Below are positions 21,194-30,460 of a stretch of DNA of 64,000 nt, in pieces. Origin of the DNA: Gammaproteobacteria bacterium (GTDB lineage: Bacteria > Pseudomonadota > Gammaproteobacteria > Eutrophobiales > Eutrophobiaceae). The stretch covers positions 527 to 64,526 of the forward strand of contig CANKCB010000012.1 in assembly GCA_947480335.1 (NCBI GenBank). Direction: 5' to 3'. Made by a program: the position numbers and the translations under genes. The notes under the pieces are model-generated. The model saw nothing but the letters and a program-made list of their open reading frames with translations. It had not been told where the DNA came from and did not search any database. Each line of letters starts with the position of its first letter. The stretch's first letter is position 1.

Positions 21194-21811
21194 TTATTCA
21201 GGAAATCTTGGTAGTTTCTTCGCTTCTTTCGGTAACGGATATTCAGCTATATTCATCTGCATGGCCAATAATGTGTAGTACGCATTGATACCAGTTAAAT
21301 CAACCACGCCCTGATTACCAAAACGTTTTTGTACGCGTTCGTAGGTGGCATCACTGACACGCTTGTTTCGGTGCAGTTCGATCGAAAAATCATAGACGAT
21401 CTGTTCATCCTCACTCATGTTTGCGGGACGCCGACCGTCCGCAATCGCGTCTGCCACTTCCTGCTTAATACCCGCTTTCAGCGCGATTGGATAATGCACA
21501 TGCCATTCGTAATCCTGAGTCCATTCACGCGCTGTTATCAATATGACAAATTCACTCAGGGTATTTCCTATCGCTGACTTGTAACGCAAATAATCACCCA
21601 TGGCCCGGGTCTGGCTCATCAGTTTAGGACTATGCATCAATGGCTCGAATGGACCAAACACAGCAGTTTTGCGTGCGGCCATAAATTCGTCTGCCGCCTG
21701 TTTTTGTTCAGTAGTGTACTGATCTGGTGAGATCACTGGCAGTCTCGGTTCAGAATGCGCAACCGAAGTGGCACCCAATGTCAGCAACAGCGTAGAGAGT
21801 AGTGATTTCAT
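21194..21811 (-). CDS. Carboxymuconolactone decarboxylase (AhpD-like) family protein with signal peptide
   Basis: GPF..LMHSP, LSEFVIL.TAR.W.Q.YEW.VH...A.KAG; N-terminal signal peptide. Confidence 0.85.
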   Translation of the reverse strand: MKSLLSTLLLTLGATSVAHSEPRLPVISPDQYTTEQKQAADEFMAARKTAVFGPFEPLMHSPKLMSQTRAMGDYLRYKSAIGNTLSEFVILITAREWTQDYEWHVHYPIALKAGIKQEVADAIADGRRPANMSEDEQIVYDFSIELHRNKRVSDATYERVQKRFGNQGVVDLTGINAYYTLLAMQMNIAEYPLPKEAKKLPRFPE

Positions 21812-21857
21812 CCTGTGGTCCTGGTAATAGTTAAAAACCGAAGTAACAATCTGAACG

Positions 21858-21890
21858 AAGTGCGGATACCGGATTGCGGTATCCGCACTT
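21858..21890. other. Intra-operon hairpin (14-bp stem)
   Basis: AAGTGCGGATACCG-gattg-CGGTATCCGCACTT between two co-oriented genes. Confidence 0.6.
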
Positions 21891-21896
21891 TCCGCA

Positions 21897-23591
21897 TCAG
21901 GGTGTCAGCGCTTCCAGATGGGTAATGGTTGCACCATGCTGGTCACCCACCCAGAAACTGGATAACTCATTCGGACCGCCTTTCCATACTTCAACATGGC
22001 GAATATTGGTCTCATGCGGTAACAGGTACTGATTGATTTTACCGGTCGATGGATTCAGGCGGATAATCAAATCGTTGTCCATACCACCTGACCACAAATA
22101 GGCCTTATCGTCATACTGTGCATCATATGGACGAGTCGAAAATGTCGGCATGGTCCAGTTACCTTCAAACTTGCGGGTTTTGGTATTGAACATCAGCAAA
22201 CCATTACCAATAAAGTCGGCACACCAGAGCCGGTCCTGATTGTCCATGTGTCCACGACGGCAACCCTTGCGATCATCTGGCATGGTAAACCATTCGGTTT
22301 TCAGATCCTTGGCAGAGGTATTCCAGAGATTATGGTTGCGAAATGAAATGCCCCACAGATTATTGCTGCTATCGGCAATCACATCGTAAGCCTGGGCTGG
22401 AGGGCTTCCTTCAGGATATTTAATATGGGTAAACTCGCCCGTAACCACATGCAAACGCCAGGATCCCTGGCCGCCCTTGTCACCACCGCCAGCTACATTG
22501 AACCAGAGGTTACCATCCACTTCCATCCGCTCCGGATCAATCATGGTGATATGACCATCGGCCATGTCTTTTTCGTCAATCGGCAACTTGAAATAATCCA
22601 TCTTGCCGGTTGCCGGGTCGAGCCGTACCAGTTGGTTCTGCTCCATATTGCCGAACCAGACCTTGCCTGTTGGATCCAGATCAATTTGCAGTCCACCCTG
22701 CGCCACGCCATTTGCACGACGTAACGGTACTTCATACTCCTTGACGACACCGGTCTTCGGATTCAGCATACCAATAAACTGCGTATTGAAATCGGAATAC
22801 CACACGTTACCTTGCGCATCAAATGCTTCGTCATGTGGTGCGGCGTCGGGTCGGGGCAGATCATATGTAGTATAAATAACCTTGGTATCCTCGCCTTTCG
22901 GTCGTGGCAAGGTCTTCAATTCAAATGGCCACACTTCACGCGCACTCAGGTTAATTGAAGCGATATATTCACCTACGCTGACCTGGGTTTTGCTCGGTTC
23001 TTTCGCCATCTGCTCGGCAAAATCGGTATCCACCCAGGGGTGTTCAGGCGAGGCATTGTTCGTGTGCAGACCCATACGCTGTACCACCTTGATCATCTCT
23101 TCCGGAGGGTGTTTGGAGAACAACGGGCGTTGCAGCGTATGGCAATTAACACATTCGCCCAGTGGTTCGCCCTTTTCGCCGGCACTCATAATCCACTCAC
23201 CGTTCGACAACTGTTTACCAAGCTCCAGCTTGTCAGTCACTTCATTTAATTTCAGATCCAGCGTGGTAGCCTTGCCAGCTCCAATCGTAACGGTAGTGGC
23301 TACGGGTAGCTTATAAGCAACCACACGTATAGTGATGTCATATTTGCCATCCGTCAGGCGGTCATCCGGAAAGCTGTACACCCCCTTGTCATTACTGACC
23401 ACTGTGATGGTGATTGTGCCACTCTGCTTTTTCGCACTGACCAGCACACCTTCCATTACGCCTTCCTTTTGTGAGCTGACTGTACCATTCAGCACTGCGG
23501 CGCTGACCGGACTGATACACACGATTACACCCAGTACGACCATGTTGAGTGCTTTGATCACTGATCCGTAATTGTGAATTTTTCTGAACAT
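21897..23591 (-). CDS. Exported protein: carboxypeptidase-regulatory-like domain + c-type heme (CxxCH) + Vgb-like beta-propeller
   Basis: GTV....MEGVLVSA..ITITVVS...G.YSFP; CVNCH; repeated PHD..D..G.VW / IG.L.PKTG..KEY blades. Confidence 0.8.
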   Translation of the reverse strand: MFRKIHNYGSVIKALNMVVLGVIVCISPVSAAVLNGTVSSQKEGVMEGVLVSAKKQSGTITITVVSNDKGVYSFPDDRLTDGKYDITIRVVAYKLPVATTVTIGAGKATTLDLKLNEVTDKLELGKQLSNGEWIMSAGEKGEPLGECVNCHTLQRPLFSKHPPEEMIKVVQRMGLHTNNASPEHPWVDTDFAEQMAKEPSKTQVSVGEYIASINLSAREVWPFELKTLPRPKGEDTKVIYTTYDLPRPDAAPHDEAFDAQGNVWYSDFNTQFIGMLNPKTGVVKEYEVPLRRANGVAQGGLQIDLDPTGKVWFGNMEQNQLVRLDPATGKMDYFKLPIDEKDMADGHITMIDPERMEVDGNLWFNVAGGGDKGGQGSWRLHVVTGEFTHIKYPEGSPPAQAYDVIADSSNNLWGISFRNHNLWNTSAKDLKTEWFTMPDDRKGCRRGHMDNQDRLWCADFIGNGLLMFNTKTRKFEGNWTMPTFSTRPYDAQYDDKAYLWSGGMDNDLIIRLNPSTGKINQYLLPHETNIRHVEVWKGGPNELSSFWVGDQHGATITHLEALTP

Positions 23592-23877
23592 GACTTACCC
23601 CTCCCGTGAATGATGTAGTAGCAATATAACCGGCAGTACACTCTTTCTGTTTCAATATGAAATGCGCTTTGCGTGTAGAATATCCTGCAGACATTGCCGC
23701 CCGATCCTCACACTATACCCTTAATAAATTCAGATCAAAATGTATCGAATCACGGTCATGATTAGCTCAGTTTCCTGCATCGCAACAAATCCTGCGCTCC
23801 CGGATTTGCCCTACATTATCACTGGAGAATTCTGCTAGTATTAGCGACCAAACCAGCATCACGACGGGGGGTCGAAC

Positions 23878-25788
23878 ATGCACACAATCATCAGATACAC
23901 TCTTATTATACTGAGCATGATGTTCTGCTCATGTTTTGTGCAGGCCCAGACCAACACAACAACTTTGCGACCAGGCGCCCCTGACACGATTATCTACAAC
24001 AGCAAAATCGTCACCATGGATGATGCTTCCTTTTCATCATCACCCGGTACGATAACGCAGGCAATGGCCATCCTCGGCCATGAAATTCTGGCACTCGGCA
24101 GTAATGAACAAATCCGGGCGCTGGCAGACAAGCATACCCGGCAAATCGATCTGAAAGGTCGCACTGTGATGCCCAGTTTTATCCTCACACATGGCCACCC
24201 GACCGATCGAGTATGGGAATCTGGCTTCACTTCGTTGCGACATGTCCTGCCTGAAGGCAATGAATATATCGTGATTCGTCTGCTGAAAGGAACGCCGGAA
24301 GAACAAATCGCCAGTTTTGAGTCTGTACTAAAAGAGGCGGTCTCAGTGGCTAAACCGGGTCAGTGGATCATGGTTGGTTCTGATTGGGGTGCCAATTACG
24401 AATACATGTCACGTTTAATTACTGAATTCTGGAAACATATCAGTGTGGAACAACTGGACCGACTGGCTCCGAACAATCCGGTGCGCATCAAGAACAGTAC
24501 AATTGATGGCCTGCTGAATACACGCGGCGAAGAAGAAGTGAAAAAAGTATTCGCTGATTACACGGCTCGTGGCAATCGCGGACCAACCGGACGCATGCTC
24601 GAACCGGATGTAATTCTGCACAACAAGGTCTCAGTCAACGCCGATCTGATTGAAGCAGAAATGTCGCTGTGGACTGCACACGGTATCACTGCATTTGGTT
24701 CAGCACCGTACACCTTGAATAATCTGGGAGCGCTATCGCAGCTGGATCGTGAAGGCCGTATGGCAGGTCGCTATGGCTGGAGCTATACCGGTCCTAATCT
24801 GGATTTTACCAGTATCAAGATGGTCTCTTCGTTACTGGGTAGCGGTTCTGATTATCTGTGGAATGTCGGAGCGCAAGGGGAATGGTCCGGCGGTGATTGC
24901 ACCACTATCGCCGCACCGGAAAAAGTAAAGAAACACGAAAGCTGCGCACTGGGTAATGGAGATCCTGGCCGCGAAGAAAAGGAATTCATCGTGCGCACTG
25001 GCGGTCGCATTGCTGCCATGCACTCGGGTGGAGACAAGGACATCGACAACCTGCTTGATATCATTGAGGAACAAAGCAAGGCCGCAGGCATGAGTCTGGA
25101 GGATATACGCAAACGTCGACACACCTTTGATCATTCCTCCGGAGCACCACGCCCGGATCAGATCCCGCGCATCAAGAAGCTCGGCATGATGGTCAGCATG
25201 TTGAATACGATGCTGTGGGAAAATAACCGTTCCTATGACGCCTCGTACCGGGTTAAGAACTATGGTGAGGAATATGCTGGCTGGATTGTGCCACGGCAAA
25301 GTCTGACCAAGGCCGGTGTGATGAACTCACAGGAAATTGACCGGCCCTTGCCGCAGTTTGTGTTTTATAACGTCTGGGTCGGCATGACCAGATATAACGA
25401 AGCCTGTGGTCGTGCATTCGGTCAGGAAGAAGCAACCGATCTGGTCACGCAGCTAAAAGCATTAACCATCTGGGGCGCACATTATTTACTACGTGAGAAA
25501 CGCTTTGGTTCGCTTGAGCCGGGCAAACTGGCTGATTTCGTGGTACTGGATCAGGATATCTTTACCATCGATACGAATAACATTCCTAAAACGAAAGTAT
25601 TGATGACCATGCTGGGCGGCAAGATTGCCCATTTGCTGCCAGTACTTGCAACAGAAATTGGACTTGAACCAGCGGGGCCAGCCACCTGGCCTACAAAACC
25701 GCTGGAAAACCGGTTTGTTTTCAAGGGGCCGCCCAAGGTTTGCCCGGCATTCAAACCGGACGGTTTCCCGGGCCGGGTACCGGAATAA
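23878..25788 (+). CDS. Exported amidohydrolase-3 (YtcJ-like), full length
   Basis: IDLKGRTVMPSFILTHGHP, MHSGGD, HTFDH, GSLEPGKLADFVVLD; signal peptide. Confidence 0.88.
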   Translation: MHTIIRYTLIILSMMFCSCFVQAQTNTTTLRPGAPDTIIYNSKIVTMDDASFSSSPGTITQAMAILGHEILALGSNEQIRALADKHTRQIDLKGRTVMPSFILTHGHPTDRVWESGFTSLRHVLPEGNEYIVIRLLKGTPEEQIASFESVLKEAVSVAKPGQWIMVGSDWGANYEYMSRLITEFWKHISVEQLDRLAPNNPVRIKNSTIDGLLNTRGEEEVKKVFADYTARGNRGPTGRMLEPDVILHNKVSVNADLIEAEMSLWTAHGITAFGSAPYTLNNLGALSQLDREGRMAGRYGWSYTGPNLDFTSIKMVSSLLGSGSDYLWNVGAQGEWSGGDCTTIAAPEKVKKHESCALGNGDPGREEKEFIVRTGGRIAAMHSGGDKDIDNLLDIIEEQSKAAGMSLEDIRKRRHTFDHSSGAPRPDQIPRIKKLGMMVSMLNTMLWENNRSYDASYRVKNYGEEYAGWIVPRQSLTKAGVMNSQEIDRPLPQFVFYNVWVGMTRYNEACGRAFGQEEATDLVTQLKALTIWGAHYLLREKRFGSLEPGKLADFVVLDQDIFTIDTNNIPKTKVLMTMLGGKIAHLLPVLATEIGLEPAGPATWPTKPLENRFVFKGPPKVCPAFKPDGFPGRVPE

Positions 25789-25809
25789 AGTTTCAGGTAC
25801 TGATACACA

Positions 25810-26160
25810 ATGCGAGCTATATTCGGCTTGTTGCTGTTATTCATTTCATCACTATTGATAGCCAGTGATGAGGAGTCTCTGGGCGGACCTTATGCACAGT
25901 TTGATCCGGAAACCGGCTTTTATTCATCGGGCCCACCTACGAACAGTTCACCACCGCCTGTACATCAGGCTCCTCCACCGGTAGCGGCCACACCGGCACC
26001 GGTGGCTGTTACACCGACAGAGATAAACCCGGTAACTGACACTCCTGGCATTCGCGTTGCCGACGAAGAAATAAATACCGCTATATTGGTTCTGGCAGGA
26101 TCAGGCATCTTGTTATTGGGTGCGTATTTTGCCTTACGTCGCAACCGCAATCCGGGATAG
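25810..26160 (+). CDS. Small exported Pro-rich protein with a C-terminal membrane anchor
   Basis: Signal peptide, P/T/A-rich linker, then a hydrophobic helix and RRNR tail. Confidence 0.7.
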   Translation: MRAIFGLLLLFISSLLIASDEESLGGPYAQFDPETGFYSSGPPTNSSPPPVHQAPPPVAATPAPVAVTPTEINPVTDTPGIRVADEEINTAILVLAGSGILLLGAYFALRRNRNPG

Positions 26161-26179
26161 CTCAATTCTTTAATGTGAT

Positions 26180-26345
26180 AGTGGATGCTGGCCTGCGCGA
26201 CCCACAGGATGTGGGAAATGTCGCGAGACGCCTGCATGGATGTAGGCGGTAGAAAACGTCTGGACCTAATTTTCCAACAGCGCTCGAGGAGCCAAAGCTG
26301 GAGACAGGATGTCCGAAGAGACCAGAATGACAAGCATGGAAATAA
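26180..26345 (+). ncRNA. Candidate CsrA/RsmA-binding RNA or GGA-hairpin repeat element
   Basis: Nine GGA triplets in about 160 nt, three of them in ACAGGATGT/CATGGATG hairpin loops. Confidence 0.5.
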
Positions 26346-26428
26346 CGCCAGACCAATACGCGTGTTCCTTCTGTACCTGTTCGCTATTGGATTACACTGG
26401 TACAAAATGACATCACACGGGGGATACC

Positions 26429-26887
26429 ATGAATTTTCCTAAACCAATTTTCACCACGCTCACATTCGTACTGGTGCTGGCAGCCAGCACCGCAATGGCA
26501 CATCCGGGTGACCTGCCGGACGATTTGCTCGCCTATGTTAAACGCGACGGTCTGATGCATTTGATCAAGGGACAACAATACATCCTGCAGGAAATGCTGA
26601 TTGGTAAACGCGAGGTGAATCAGCAGGAATTTGTACGCGCGGCCAAATCATTGGCCTCGCTGTTTTCCATGGTCCCAAGTACTTTTGAAAAAAATCTGAC
26701 AATCGATGTGTCCCGCGCAAAACCGGAAATCTGGCAGAACTGGGATGACTTCACGGCACGGGCGGCCGAATTCCAGAAAATTGCGGAAGAGATTGCCGCG
26801 ATGGGAGAAATCCGCGGCGCAGAAGCGACAATGGAAAAGGTACGGTTATTTGACTGCAACAGCTGCCACGATATTTACCGGGAATAA
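26429..26887 (+). CDS. Cytochrome c' (class II cytochrome c)
   Basis: Signal peptide, SRAKPEIWQNWDDF, and C-terminal CNSCHDIYR. Confidence 0.9.
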   Translation: MNFPKPIFTTLTFVLVLAASTAMAHPGDLPDDLLAYVKRDGLMHLIKGQQYILQEMLIGKREVNQQEFVRAAKSLASLFSMVPSTFEKNLTIDVSRAKPEIWQNWDDFTARAAEFQKIAEEIAAMGEIRGAEATMEKVRLFDCNSCHDIYRE

Positions 26888-26893
26888 GCGTTA

Positions 26894-27460
26894 TCAGGCA
26901 CGCGACATAAACTTGCCGGTACTGGTATTGATGCGGATCACTTCACCAATTTCTAGATATTCGGGTACTTGTACTTCCAGTCCGGTCACCAGTTTTGCCG
27001 GTTTGGTGCGACCGGTAGCAGAAGACCCTTTGATCCCGGGCACGGTGTCAACCACTTCCATATCAACAGACTGCGGCAGTTCTATGCTAAGGAGCACGCC
27101 GTCCATGATCAGTGCGGTCATGCCTTCTAAGCCCTCGGTAATATAACCAAGCAGGTCTTCAATCGTGTCGCCATTCACTTCATACTGGGAAAAGTTTTCA
27201 GTATTCATGAAGATATAATTATCGCCATCCTTGTACGAAAACTGCACCGCCTCACGCACATAGTCAGCTTCCTTCAGGTAATCATCACTTTTATACGATT
27301 CATCCAGTTTCTGGCCAGTCTGCAAATTGGTAAACCGGAATTTATACAGCGTGGACGCACCACGCGACGACGGGCTTTTCGCTTCGACCGACTTTACGGC
27401 ATGAGGGACACCGTCGATATCAACAACCATACCACGTTTGAGTTCACTGGCTTTAGGCAT
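26894..27460 (-). CDS. efpL: Elongation factor P-like protein EfpL/YeiP
   Basis: Start MPKASELKRG (ATG at 27460); loop SPSSRGAST with Arg at the tip; SATGRTKPA; VQVPEYL. Confidence 0.9.
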   Translation of the reverse strand: MPKASELKRGMVVDIDGVPHAVKSVEAKSPSSRGASTLYKFRFTNLQTGQKLDESYKSDDYLKEADYVREAVQFSYKDGDNYIFMNTENFSQYEVNGDTIEDLLGYITEGLEGMTALIMDGVLLSIELPQSVDMEVVDTVPGIKGSSATGRTKPAKLVTGLEVQVPEYLEIGEVIRINTSTGKFMSRA

Positions 27461-27711
27461 ATGCAATCCTGATTTAATAAGTTGTAGACTAAGTACAAGG
27501 CGCCAGATCGTGCATTGAAACTGGCACCAATGCAAGAGCAAAACCCGGTATAAAGCAAGCCTGGCATGTGTTTATCCAGACATACACGCAGACAATATCG
27601 ATTCTTAGCATCTCTGGGACGTTTATTTCCTGAGAATTTCAGGTATTGACTCTCAATCTGATACAGGAATGGCTACAATGGAATCCTGTTTTTCACTCTG
27701 GAACAAGCACC

Positions 27712-28632
27712 ATGCATAATCATGCACTCGATCCCTGGCAACATTCGCATAACTTTGTCACGGATTATCATCTGGGCGAAAAAAACACGACCCAGGTGAT
27801 GGTGTTGACCGCAGTGATGATGCTAATAGAAATCATCACCGGCATGTGGTTCGGCTCCATGGCATTGCTCGCGGACGGTTGGCATATGGCTACCCATGTG
27901 GCCGCATTCAGCATTGCCCTGTTCACCTATCGCTATGTACGTGGCAATGCAAATAATCCACGTTATACCTTTGGTATCGGCAAGGCTGGTGTACTCGGAG
28001 GATTTGCCAGCGCAGTAGCGCTCGCTGTTGTTGCCTTGTTGATGGCAATGGAGTCAATTGTGCGCATGCTGGATCCGCAAGCAATTCATTTCAATGAAGC
28101 CATCGGGGTAGCCGTTCTCGGTCTGATTGTGAATCTGATCAGCGGCTGGATACTGGATGATCATCATGATGCAGACCACGACCACGACCACGAACATGAG
28201 CATCAGGATCACAATATGCGGGCCGCCTATATGCATGTACTCGCTGATGCACTTACCTCAATATTTGCCATTATTGCGCTGATTGCGGGCAAGTATTTCG
28301 GCTGGATCTGGCTGGATCCGATCATGGGCGTGGTCGGTGCCATTGTCATTTCACGCTGGTCGTATGGACTGGTGCGCGACACAAGTCATATCCTGCTGGA
28401 CGGAGGAGTGGATGAACAAACCCGTGCGCTGATTCAGCAAACGATAGAGCAGGATGCGGATAATCGCATCACGGATCTGCATGTGTGGCATATCAGTACT
28501 GACCACTATTCGGCAAGCGTTTCGCTGATTACACACCACCCCCAGCCGCCGGAATACTACAAGCAATTACTGAAAGATATCCCGCATCTGGTCCATGTTG
28601 TGATTGAAGTGAATCAGTGTAAGCAAACCTGA
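27712..28632 (+). CDS. dmeF: CDF-family Co/Ni efflux transporter
   Basis: SMALLADGWHM, His-rich loop HHDADHDHDHEHEHQDHN, AYMHVLADALTS. Start set at ATG 27712. Confidence 0.9.
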   Translation: MHNHALDPWQHSHNFVTDYHLGEKNTTQVMVLTAVMMLIEIITGMWFGSMALLADGWHMATHVAAFSIALFTYRYVRGNANNPRYTFGIGKAGVLGGFASAVALAVVALLMAMESIVRMLDPQAIHFNEAIGVAVLGLIVNLISGWILDDHHDADHDHDHEHEHQDHNMRAAYMHVLADALTSIFAIIALIAGKYFGWIWLDPIMGVVGAIVISRWSYGLVRDTSHILLDGGVDEQTRALIQQTIEQDADNRITDLHVWHISTDHYSASVSLITHHPQPPEYYKQLLKDIPHLVHVVIEVNQCKQT

Positions 28633-28659
28633 ACCATAAACCCAAAGAGAGTTGATTGA

Positions 28660-29007
28660 ATGAGTGAACTGCCTCCCTGCCCTAAATGCCATTCTGTATA
28701 TGTCTATGAAGATCGCGCATCGCTGGTCTGCCCTGAATGCGGTCATGAATGGATAGCGGGTACTGACACAAGTGTCCCCGATGCTGATTCAGGCCTGATT
28801 GCGAAAGATGTCCATGGCACATTATTGACTGATGGCGACTCCGTCGTGGTGATCAAGGATTTGAAAGTGAAAGGTTCTTCCTCTGCTGTCAAAGTAGGAA
28901 CCAAGGTCAAGAACATTCGTCTAGTGGAAGGCGACCATAATATTGACTGCAAAATCAGCGGAATCGGCGAGATGAAACTCAAATCCGAATTTATCAGGAA
29001 AGCCTGA
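28660..29007 (+). CDS. yjdM: YjdM/PhnA-like zinc-ribbon protein
   Basis: [34 protein letters not shown]. Confidence 0.92.
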   Translation: MSELPPCPKCHSVYVYEDRASLVCPECGHEWIAGTDTSVPDADSGLIAKDVHGTLLTDGDSVVVIKDLKVKGSSSAVKVGTKVKNIRLVEGDHNIDCKISGIGEMKLKSEFIRKA

Positions 29008-29053
29008 ACTGCGAAAACAGTCTATAATTTCGTAAAACACAGGGGGAGTGTGA

Positions 29054-29806
29054 ATGAAACAGTGGATGATCATCTCGCTTCTGGCCTCATTACTGTCCGT
29101 TGCAAGCGCAGACGACAATACCAACCGGACAGGCGAATACACCGCCAGCTCCACGATACTTGAGCTGATGGGGGAAGAACAGGCCCGTTCGTTTGAGGAC
29201 AAGGTTGCGATGAATGCACCCGTCAGCTGGGAAATCTATGTGCCGGAAAACTATGACCCGGCCAAACCGGCCGGTGTGCTGGTGTTTATCAACTCGAAAG
29301 ACTCAGGCAAAATCCTCAACGAATGGAAAGACCTGATGGCAAAGCACAATCTCATCTGGATTGGTGCGAACAAGTCTGGCAACGATAGTTCCATCCCGCA
29401 AAGAGTCGCTTACGCCATACTCGCGCCCAAAGTGATAAATACTCATTACACGATTAATACCGAGCGGGTTTATCTATCCGGCTTTTCCGGTGGCGGCAGA
29501 ATGGCCAGCATGGTGGCCACCGAATATAACCGCATATTTAAAGGCGCCATCTATAACAGTGGTGCTAATTTCTGGGGCGAATCAGTTTTGACCCGCTATC
29601 AGGAAATGAGCAACAACCGTTATGTGTTCGTAGCCGGCACGGAAGATTTTAACATGGAAGATACGAAACAGGTTTATAACGATTATCTGGACGCCGGAGT
29701 CAAATACAGCAAACTGATCATCGTACCCAACATGCCGCACAAACGACCCGGCGCGGACATACTGGATACGGCAATAAACTATCTGGATTCACGTGCGACA
29801 GAGTAA
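29054..29806 (+). CDS. Exported alpha/beta hydrolase (esterase/depolymerase-like)
   Basis: Signal peptide, YVPENYD, RVYLSGFSGGG nucleophile elbow, late Asp and His. Confidence 0.75.
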   Translation: MKQWMIISLLASLLSVASADDNTNRTGEYTASSTILELMGEEQARSFEDKVAMNAPVSWEIYVPENYDPAKPAGVLVFINSKDSGKILNEWKDLMAKHNLIWIGANKSGNDSSIPQRVAYAILAPKVINTHYTINTERVYLSGFSGGGRMASMVATEYNRIFKGAIYNSGANFWGESVLTRYQEMSNNRYVFVAGTEDFNMEDTKQVYNDYLDAGVKYSKLIIVPNMPHKRPGADILDTAINYLDSRATE

Positions 29807-29946
29807 TGATGCTGTACCGTAAAAAATTCAGAGGTATTTACTCTATTATCCCTATATGCAATTTGCATTATTTAAAGTGCCATCCGATATACCGAATTCA
29901 AACGTAGGATCAGATCCAGATATTAACAACCAAGCAGGATATAATT

Positions 29947-30297
29947 ATGGCCAACTATACCAGACGAGATACACTGAAAAATATTACAAGTGGTCTAGCA
30001 GGAGTGGCAATTGTATCTGCCATAAATACTAGCCCTGCTACAGCCAAGTCTCAAGTAACAATACCAAATGCATTCACAATTAATCATGAAATAGTTCCGT
30101 TGGGTTTTGAGCCGAGCAAGCTTGAAGGTTTGTCTGAAATATTAATCACTTCACACTGGAAAAATAACTATGGCGGCTCGGTCAAGGCACTGAATATTAT
30201 CAGGCAGCGGCTGAGGGATGCGTTGACTGACGATAATTTACCTGCGTATATTTATAATGATTTGAAACGAGAGCATTACTTCGAGCTTCAGGAATAG
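29947..30297 (+). pseudogene. Truncated Tat-exported Fe/Mn superoxide dismutase-family gene
   Basis: TRRDTLK Tat signal and LSE.LI.SHW.NNYGG.VK.LN...LKREH match the SOD N-terminal domain. The gene stops before the second His ligand and the whole C-terminal domain. Confidence 0.7.
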
Positions 30298-30333
30298 AGA
30301 AATTGTGGGCAGAGTAAAAATCAAAAAAGAAAT

Positions 30334-30410
30334 TGGCGCGCCTGACAGGACTTGAACCTGTAACCCTCGGGTTCGAAGCCCGATACTCTATCCAATTGAG
30401 CTACAGGCGC
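30334..30410 (-). tRNA. tRNA-Arg, anticodon UCG
   Basis: GCGCCTG acceptor stem, D-loop with A20, anticodon arm TCGGG-CT-TCG-AA-CCCGA, GGTTCAAGTCC T-loop, G73 and encoded CCA; 77 nt. Confidence 0.96.
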
Positions 30411-30460
30411 GTTGGGTGGAGATCACAATTTTAATTATACAACACCTTGCGGCGCTCGCG

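Noticed and set aside
26162-26442. Short ORFs 26185-26442 (+) and 26162-26356 (-)
   Set aside because: No recognisable protein features; the sequence is better explained by GGA-loop RNA hairpins.
27461-27711. Longer starts for efpL (27541) and dmeF (27646)
   Set aside because: The family N-termini begin at 27460 and 27712; the extensions are open-frame run-on.
28156-28215. GACCAC-type short repeats
   Set aside because: They encode the His-rich loop typical of DmeF; not an array or contingency locus.
28660-29007. phnA as phosphonate catabolism linked to the Pho block
   Set aside because: This is the small YjdM zinc-ribbon family, not phosphonoacetate hydrolase, and no phn genes are nearby.
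5530-30333. Genomic island integrated at tRNA-Arg
   Set aside because: No integrase or transposase and no duplicated tRNA 3' end found by eye; the region includes conserved genes such as efpL.
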